From Chitinophagaceae bacterium (GTDB lineage Bacteria; Bacteroidota; Bacteroidia; Chitinophagales; Chitinophagaceae): 62,645 nucleotides of DNA. The translations under genes and the position numbers were made by a program. The DNA is taken from assembly GCA_947447005.1 (NCBI GenBank), contig CANFHO010000001.1:1-62645 (forward strand). The letters run 5' to 3'. Under the pieces are notes generated by a model. The model was not told the origin of the DNA. It saw only the letters and a list, made by a program, of their open reading frames with translations, and made no database searches. Shown here piece by piece: positions 57,449 through 62,645 of this stretch. How positions within the stretch are numbered: position 1 is the first letter of the stretch; each line of letters opens with the position of its first letter.

Positions 57449-57723
57449 TCTTGTTCCGTTGCCTCATGGTAATGGAAACACCCTTCCTTCGGAAGCCAAG
57501 TGTCAATTTCCTTCGGGGCTTCTTATGAGCCGCCTTCAGGTGACTTGAAACCTAAATTCTTTCACAGACGATTAAACAGCTTGTTAAATCTGAAGTAAAT
57601 GAAGAGATAATTGAATTGTTCCAATACATTGAATGATTCTTGTTCCGTTGCCTGAAGGCAACGGTAACATTTTCAAGCCCCTTCGGGGTTTCTTATGAGC
57701 CGCCTTCAGGCGGCTTGAAACCT
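57449..57723. repeat. Two imperfect direct copies of a ~85-105 nt multi-hairpin element
   Basis: Copy 1 is 57449-57553 and copy 2 is 57638-57723. They share TCTTGTTCCGTTGCCT and CCTTCGGGG(C/T)TTCTTATGAGCCGCCTTCAGG..CTTGAAACCT. Confidence 0.85.
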
Positions 57724-57766
57724 GCCTGCCGGCAGGCAGGATGTTGCCGTCGGCTTTAGCCGACGG
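57721..57766. repeat. Two REP-like palindromes
   Basis: CCTGCCTGCCGGCAGGCAGG (57721-57740, perfect palindrome) and CCGTCGGCT-TT-AGCCGACGG (57747-57766). Confidence 0.8.
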
Positions 57767-57824
57767 ATGATAAATATAGAGTAGATGAATAATTGCAAGC
57801 CAAAAATCTCTTCAAAAAGGCCAT

Positions 57825-57853
57825 AAAAAAAGGCCACTTTTCAGTGACCTTTT
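57825..57853 (-). terminator. Terminator downstream of tRNA-Val(TAC)
   Basis: AAAAGGCCACT-TTTC-AGTGACCTTTT with an A-run. Confidence 0.65.
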
Positions 57854-57854
57854 G

Positions 57855-57929
57855 TGGGAGTTGACGGGATCGAACCGCCGACCCTCTGCTTGTAAGGCAG
57901 ATGCTCTAAACCAGCTGAGCTAAACTCCC
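57855..57929 (-). tRNA. tRNA-Val(TAC)
   Basis: Reverse complement GGGAGTTTAGCTCAGCTGGTTTAGAGCATCTGCCTTACAAGCAGAGGGTCGGCGGTTCGATCCCGTCAACTCCCA folds to a full cloverleaf; TATATTTG promoter at 57960-57967. Confidence 0.97.
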
Positions 57930-58008
57930 TTTTTGTTGCTTTCCCGTTTGATTGGGGTGCAAATATACATTCCATTTTTTAAAGTGAAAAAATATTTTTC
58001 AAATACCA

Positions 58009-59442
58009 TTATGATTTTTGAAATAACTCCATCACCGCTTTACCTTTGCCATCTGGTGTTGTATAGAATGGTCTTTCTTCAATGATATATTTTGTTTCTG
58101 GATGAATGCCAAGCGCATGATAAATAGATTGATGAACCTGGTCAATTACTATCGGATTTTCAATGGTTTTGCATGGTCGCTCATCTGCTGTTTTACCATA
58201 TACTGAACCCTTTTTAATGCCCCCTCCAAACATCAACATCGAAACGCCATCAGTGAAATGTCTGTGCATTCCATAAAATTTGATATCATTGATTATATCA
58301 GGCTGCTTTACCTGTTCCAGCACTTTTAGTTCCGGTCTGCCTTCTACCATCATATCCCTGCTAAACTCAGTTGCCAATACAATCAATGTTCTGTCTAAAT
58401 GCCCTGATTTTTCAAGGTCTTTGATCAATTGAGCAATAGGCGCATCGATTTGTTTTTTCATATCAGTTAGTCGCGTATGCCCATTTTCATGCGTATCCCA
58501 GTTTTTAAATGGTTCATATTCTGTAGTTACCGTTATAAATCTGGCCCCTTGTTGCGTGAGTCGTTTAGCCATCAGGCAACCTAATCCAAATTTTCCAGTA
58601 TTGTAAATGTCATAACTCTCCTTGGGTTCCTTGTTAAGGTCAAATGCTGCAGCTTCTGGCGATTTCAATAGCATATAAGCCTGTTCCATGGACCTTTTCA
58701 TGGATTCCTTATGGTAATCAGACCCATATTCTCCCATGACTCCCTTATCCATCAATTCTTTGTACAATTGATTCCTTTTTTCGAATCTCATTTCATTCAT
58801 TCCCACTGGAGGCCTTACTGAATCCAGGCCAGCAGTAGGATCCGGAATCATGAAAGGACCAAATTCATTGCCTAAAAACCCTGCCGTGTGAAATGCCTTC
58901 AGCTCTTCACTTTCACCTAGGGTGAACCTTTGACCGATATCAATAAAAGCAGGGATCACCGGATTTTTAGGACCAAGTTCTTTCGCAATCCAGGACCCCA
59001 TGTGCGGTGCTGAAACAGATTGTGGTGGTCTGTAACACGTATGCCAATGATATTGATGCCTGGAGTGAAGTATATGTCCCATATCCGCTGAAACATATGA
59101 GCGAATCAAGGTACCCTTATCCATGATACTGCCAATGGATTCTAGTCCTTCGGAAAAATATATATCATCCAACACCGTTGGAACACGGTTGAATGTACTC
59201 AAAACATCATTGGATTTTAGACCAGGTGAATATGGGGTGAATTTTTTAGGATCGAATGTTTCTGTATGGGCCATTCCTCCTGCCATCCAAAGAAGAATAA
59301 CGGTATCGGCAGATGAATTGATGTTACTCTTATTGAAAGGTGAATTGAAAAAGCCGGCTAGTGGCAATGATGCCCCTAATGCAGCAATGGTTGCTGCACT
59401 GGTGGTCTTTAAAAATTTTCTTCTGTCAGACATTTTACTCAT
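58009..59442 (-). CDS. DUF1501 domain protein with Tat signal
   Basis: SDRRKFLK Tat motif; LWMAGGMAHTETFDPK, PHMGSW, FGLGCLMAKRL, WDTHEN, TEFSR, GGGIKKG. Confidence 0.88.
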   Translation of the reverse strand: MSKMSDRRKFLKTTSAATIAALGASLPLAGFFNSPFNKSNINSSADTVILLWMAGGMAHTETFDPKKFTPYSPGLKSNDVLSTFNRVPTVLDDIYFSEGLESIGSIMDKGTLIRSYVSADMGHILHSRHQYHWHTCYRPPQSVSAPHMGSWIAKELGPKNPVIPAFIDIGQRFTLGESEELKAFHTAGFLGNEFGPFMIPDPTAGLDSVRPPVGMNEMRFEKRNQLYKELMDKGVMGEYGSDYHKESMKRSMEQAYMLLKSPEAAAFDLNKEPKESYDIYNTGKFGLGCLMAKRLTQQGARFITVTTEYEPFKNWDTHENGHTRLTDMKKQIDAPIAQLIKDLEKSGHLDRTLIVLATEFSRDMMVEGRPELKVLEQVKQPDIINDIKFYGMHRHFTDGVSMLMFGGGIKKGSVYGKTADERPCKTIENPIVIDQVHQSIYHALGIHPETKYIIEERPFYTTPDGKGKAVMELFQKS

Positions 59443-59461
59443 GGCAATTCATTAACCTATT

Positions 59462-61933
59462 TTAATATACGATTTGCATTTCAGGTAGTAACATCACTGC
59501 CCAAAACAGGTCTTGTATGGAATCTTCATTTGGTATTTCACCCAACATTCTTTTGGCAATCTCTTTTTCTTTTTGAGAAGGAGCTCTTCCCAGCGCACTA
59601 TTATATAACTGTTGAATGATCAATTCTGATTGTATATATTTTAATTTCCATTTCAATGCACCTCTTTTCAACATGGAATTGAAAGTGCTTCCATTGGTTA
59701 ATTCCAATGCTTGTAACAAGGTTGCCTGTGTTTCGCGACTGGTTGCTACATTTTCTCTGTTGGGTCTTCCCATGGATATAAGCAATGGATTGTTTGCAAC
59801 AAATGCTGCTCTTGCATAAAACCCGCCATAGGGTATAAATCCTGCATCAAATGTAGGCTTGTATTTCATGATGGAATCAGAAAAAATAGGGTCTATAATC
59901 GCGCCAGCAATATCCGCAAACTGTTCTGCTGAAATTCTTTTTCTCAGTATCCCTTTGAATGTATAATCTTGTTGAAATATGTCGTTCGGTTCTTTCATTC
60001 CAACAGAAACTGATTGATAAGTTTTGGAACTGGCAATTAAATAAATCAGCCTTTTAAGGTCAGATCCGTTTTTCTGAAAGTCATAAGATAGCCAATCCAA
60101 CAGATCCTGACTCCATGGTTGATTATCCATTTGATCTACCGGTTCCACCAACCCTCTACCCAGCATTTGTTTCCAAATTCGGTTAACAAGCGTTCTATAC
60201 AATCTTCCATTTTCCGGTTTGATCATGATAGACGACAATTGCTCCAGCTTCACTTTTTTGGTTGCAGCACTGTCTATGGTACCAAGGTTTTTCCAAAGCA
60301 TGGCAGGCCTGGTAAACTGGCCTGTTGGCTTATCGCAGCGATTGATTTCAAGTGAACTATCAGCAAAAATATTTGCAAAGGCATAGGCATCTTTCAATTT
60401 CCAATCACTGATAAAACTATTATGGCAAGAAGCACACTTTAAGTTGAGGCCTAAAAATACTTGCGCAACATTTTGTGCTGCCTGCATTTCAGTACGTTGA
60501 CTTGCATTGATTTCACCGCGCCATTTGATTCCTTCTATGAATCCCTTTGATTCTTTGGTAGGATTGATCAGCTGTCTCACAAATTCTGTATATGGCTTAT
60601 TTGTTTTGATGGATGTATAAAGCCAGTTGGTGATATTATATCTTCCTCCGGTGATATATCCGGTTCCTGTATAATCATTTCTTAGCAGGTCATTCCAGAA
60701 GCTCAGCCAATGTGTTGCATAATCGTCGTTTCGATCCAATAACTTTTTAATTAGATCATCTCTTTTTGTGGGGGATTTATCAGAGATGAATGCTTCAATT
60801 TCATTTGGAGTAGGAAGCAAGCCTATGATATCCAGATAAACCCTTCTGATAAAAGTTCTATCATCCGCTTGTTTAGGCCAAATGATCTTTTTTTCTGTTA
60901 AATATTTGTTGGTCCATTTGTCAATGGGGTTTACAAATGAGGTTGGTGCAGAAGGAAGTTCTGGATTTCTTGGTACTATACTCGCAACCCTGAACACATT
61001 TTCTGCCTGTCCTTTTCTTGGCCATACTGCACCTTTGTTGATCCAAAAGGCAATGATCTTTATTTCCTGTTCTGAAAGCCTTTTTCCTTTTGCAGGCATG
61101 ATGTCTTCATGACCAGCTGGCAGGATAATTCTTTTGTAAAGTTCACTTTCTTCAGCATTCCCAGGAACCACTACAGGTCCATGTTCGCCACCTTTCATGA
61201 TCAGATCAATATGATCCAATCGCAAATCACCTTTGACTTTTTCAGGTCCATGACATTTGTAACAGTTATGCGCCAAAATCGTACGAACTTGCACATTCAA
61301 CTCAACTTCTTGTGTAGTCGTTAATTTGGTTGTATCGTTTTTAGCGTTTGTTACGTCAAACGATAAAGGCTTGATGGGATCGGATGTTTTATCTAAGTCA
61401 AATGCTGATGACAGATAATCTTTTCCATGCGTGAGGGTTGCTCCATAATGTCCGGTGATAATAATAGAGATTGGAAGAAGCAGCAACGTCAATCTATAGG
61501 GAAGAATGAATGATTCTTGTTTTGTTTGGAATGCCATCCAATGGAGTAACCAAGATGCTGCACCAATACCTGCCGTAGCAAAACCGGTCCATAAATGAAT
61601 TTTCAAGATATCTGCACCGTATTCTCCATCTTTTGAGAGTATATATCCCAAAAATGCAGAAATGATGGCTGAAATTGCTCCAGTTGCTAATAGAATATGA
61701 ATGGTGTGTCGAAAAGGTGAATCGGCTTTTTTGATACCAAGCAATTCAAAAATGGCAGCAAATAGAAGCAAAACAATGGGGAAGTGTACTACTAGTGGGT
61801 GAAGTCGGCCCAATAATTTCCATATCCATACACTTGAATGTGTGTTTTGGACAGTTAATTCAATATTCATGAATGAGCCCAACAGAAAAATCATCAAAAT
61901 CAATGCAACCCAGGTCAGTTTTCTTCTTAGCAT
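59462..61933 (-). CDS. Planctomycete-type cytochrome c + DUF1549/DUF1553 protein with N-terminal membrane (DUF2231-like) domain
   Basis: GRLHPLVVHFPI and four TM helices; CYKCHG..KGDLRLD; NPIDKW, FIRRVYLDIIGLLPT, FLGLNLKCASCH, VNRIWKQMLGRGLV, LLDWL, QALEL. Confidence 0.88.
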   Translation of the reverse strand: MLRRKLTWVALILMIFLLGSFMNIELTVQNTHSSVWIWKLLGRLHPLVVHFPIVLLLFAAIFELLGIKKADSPFRHTIHILLATGAISAIISAFLGYILSKDGEYGADILKIHLWTGFATAGIGAASWLLHWMAFQTKQESFILPYRLTLLLLPISIIITGHYGATLTHGKDYLSSAFDLDKTSDPIKPLSFDVTNAKNDTTKLTTTQEVELNVQVRTILAHNCYKCHGPEKVKGDLRLDHIDLIMKGGEHGPVVVPGNAEESELYKRIILPAGHEDIMPAKGKRLSEQEIKIIAFWINKGAVWPRKGQAENVFRVASIVPRNPELPSAPTSFVNPIDKWTNKYLTEKKIIWPKQADDRTFIRRVYLDIIGLLPTPNEIEAFISDKSPTKRDDLIKKLLDRNDDYATHWLSFWNDLLRNDYTGTGYITGGRYNITNWLYTSIKTNKPYTEFVRQLINPTKESKGFIEGIKWRGEINASQRTEMQAAQNVAQVFLGLNLKCASCHNSFISDWKLKDAYAFANIFADSSLEINRCDKPTGQFTRPAMLWKNLGTIDSAATKKVKLEQLSSIMIKPENGRLYRTLVNRIWKQMLGRGLVEPVDQMDNQPWSQDLLDWLSYDFQKNGSDLKRLIYLIASSKTYQSVSVGMKEPNDIFQQDYTFKGILRKRISAEQFADIAGAIIDPIFSDSIMKYKPTFDAGFIPYGGFYARAAFVANNPLLISMGRPNRENVATSRETQATLLQALELTNGSTFNSMLKRGALKWKLKYIQSELIIQQLYNSALGRAPSQKEKEIAKRMLGEIPNEDSIQDLFWAVMLLPEMQIVY

Positions 61934-62083
61934 GTTATTTCAACCTTCATATTAAAAATAAACGCATGTTTTCATTTGATGTTAAACATGTGTTTATGTA
62001 CTTTTAAAAATAATCAAAAATATTCAATCAGATGAGTTGAACTTGAACAATGATTTTGTTTTAATCAATACATTTGCATCCCT

Positions 62084-62158
62084 GGATCGTTAGCTCAGTT
62101 GGTTTAGAGCACTACTTTGACAGAGTAGGGGTCACTGGTTCGAGCCCAGTACGATCCA
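62084..62158 (+). tRNA. tRNA-Val(GAC)
   Basis: GGATCGTTAGCTCAGTTGGTTTAGAGCACTACTTTGACAGAGTAGGGGTCACTGGTTCGAGCCCAGTACGATCCA cloverleaf; TACATTTG promoter at 62069-62076. Confidence 0.96.
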
Positions 62159-62179
62159 CACTTAAAATTTTATCGCATC

Positions 62180-62470
62180 ATGCCATTGAACAATCCAATA
62201 CATAAGGAATCTATTGATGATGATACCGAAGTGCTAGACGCTGACGGGTATAGACTCATTGTTTGGAATGATGATGTGAATACATTCGACTGGGTCATCA
62301 AAACGCTCATTGAGGTTTGTAACCACGAGCCAGAGCAGGCTGAGCAATGTGCCCTCCTCATCCATTACAAGGGCAAGGCCGATGTTAAAAAGGGCTCTTA
62401 CGAAACCCTCAAAACCATGTGTGAAGCCATCGTTGACCGTGGAATCGGGGCTACGGTGGAGGAGAGGTAG
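62180..62470 (+). CDS. clpS: ATP-dependent Clp protease adaptor ClpS
   Basis: Motifs LIVWNDDVNTFDWVI, QAEQCALLIHYKGKA. Confidence 0.93.
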   Translation: MPLNNPIHKESIDDDTEVLDADGYRLIVWNDDVNTFDWVIKTLIEVCNHEPEQAEQCALLIHYKGKADVKKGSYETLKTMCEAIVDRGIGATVEER

Positions 62471-62476
62471 ATGCTG

Positions 62477-62558
62477 AGTTGAGATGGTTTAGAAGGTTTA
62501 GGAAGTTTAGAAAATTTCTCTATAAAAGAACTCAACTGTCTGAACTTCCTCAACCCCT
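62477..62558. repeat. Degenerate 9-mer tandem repeats with inverted arm
   Basis: GTTGAGATG-GTTTAGAAG-GTTTAGGAA-GTTTAGAAA, then complementary CTCAAC/CTGAAC/CTCAAC units at 9-nt spacing. Confidence 0.6.
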
Positions 62559-62645
62559 TACTCCACGAGTCATTTCCGGATATTCCTCCGTATACCTTAA
62601 TACCAGTGATTTGATGAATTCATTGGTGGAACCCGGTTCAAGCAA

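Noticed and set aside
57281-57472. 63-aa ORF as a real gene
   Set aside because: Atypical composition, runs into the repeat element, no motif; probably spurious.
57449-57766. CRISPR array or riboswitch
   Set aside because: There are only two long imperfect copies, no regular repeat-spacer period and no cas genes. No riboswitch consensus is recognisable and no gene lies directly downstream on the plus strand.
57855-62158. Integrative element or prophage at tRNA-Val
   Set aside because: No integrase, phage genes or duplicated tRNA 3' end; the cassette lies 5' of both tRNAs.
62550-62645. 3' end of a minus-strand CDS at the right edge
   Set aside because: An open frame (LLEPGSTNEFIKSLVLRYTEEYPEMTRGVRG*) exists but is too short to confirm or identify.

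Overview
This is a chromosomal window from a Bacteroidota genome, probably Chitinophagaceae-like. That placement is inferred from TAnnTTTG -7 promoters, AT-rich starts without Shine-Dalgarno sites, and gene content. From left to right: (1) the 3' end of a GIY-YIG nuclease gene followed by a degenerate, palindrome-interrupted tRNA-Asp fragment; (2) a PL8 lyase converging on a ~14-kb minus-strand sugar-redox cluster (two PVC-type cytochrome-c/beta-propeller proteins, DUF4432, a PMI-like cupin, ThuA-like protein, two TIM-barrel isomerase/epimerases, Gfo/Idh/MocA, DUF1080, GH43); (3) housekeeping genes (accA, dapA, rnz, STAS, clpC, sua5/tsaC, ABC-F, J-protein, NIPSNAP, PNP, porin); (4) a heavy-metal locus with a HYC_CC_PP-type small gene, an exported HMA protein carrying a 20-Cys metallothionein-like tail, a second HMA protein, and CzcB plus a CzcA-TolC fusion; (5) an uncharacterised peptide-ligase cluster (RimK-like ATP-grasp, YbdK/GCS2, class I GATase, second ATP-grasp-like protein, cupin, divergent esterase); (6) pdxJ, ahcY, GNAT, PrsW, a PQQ dehydrogenase with an inserted cytochrome c, a gluzincin-propeller-barrel OM protein, a TonB-dependent receptor and a nitroreductase; (7) a duplicated multi-hairpin non-coding element with REP-like palindromes beside tRNA-Val(TAC); (8) a planctomycete-type DUF1549/1553 + DUF1501 pair between two divergent tRNA-Val genes, then clpS. 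Several intergenic gaps contain 7-9 nt purine-rich tandem repeats, some with inverted arms. I found no CRISPR array, rRNA, intact transposase or prophage. All family calls come from motif recognition by eye, with no database searches.
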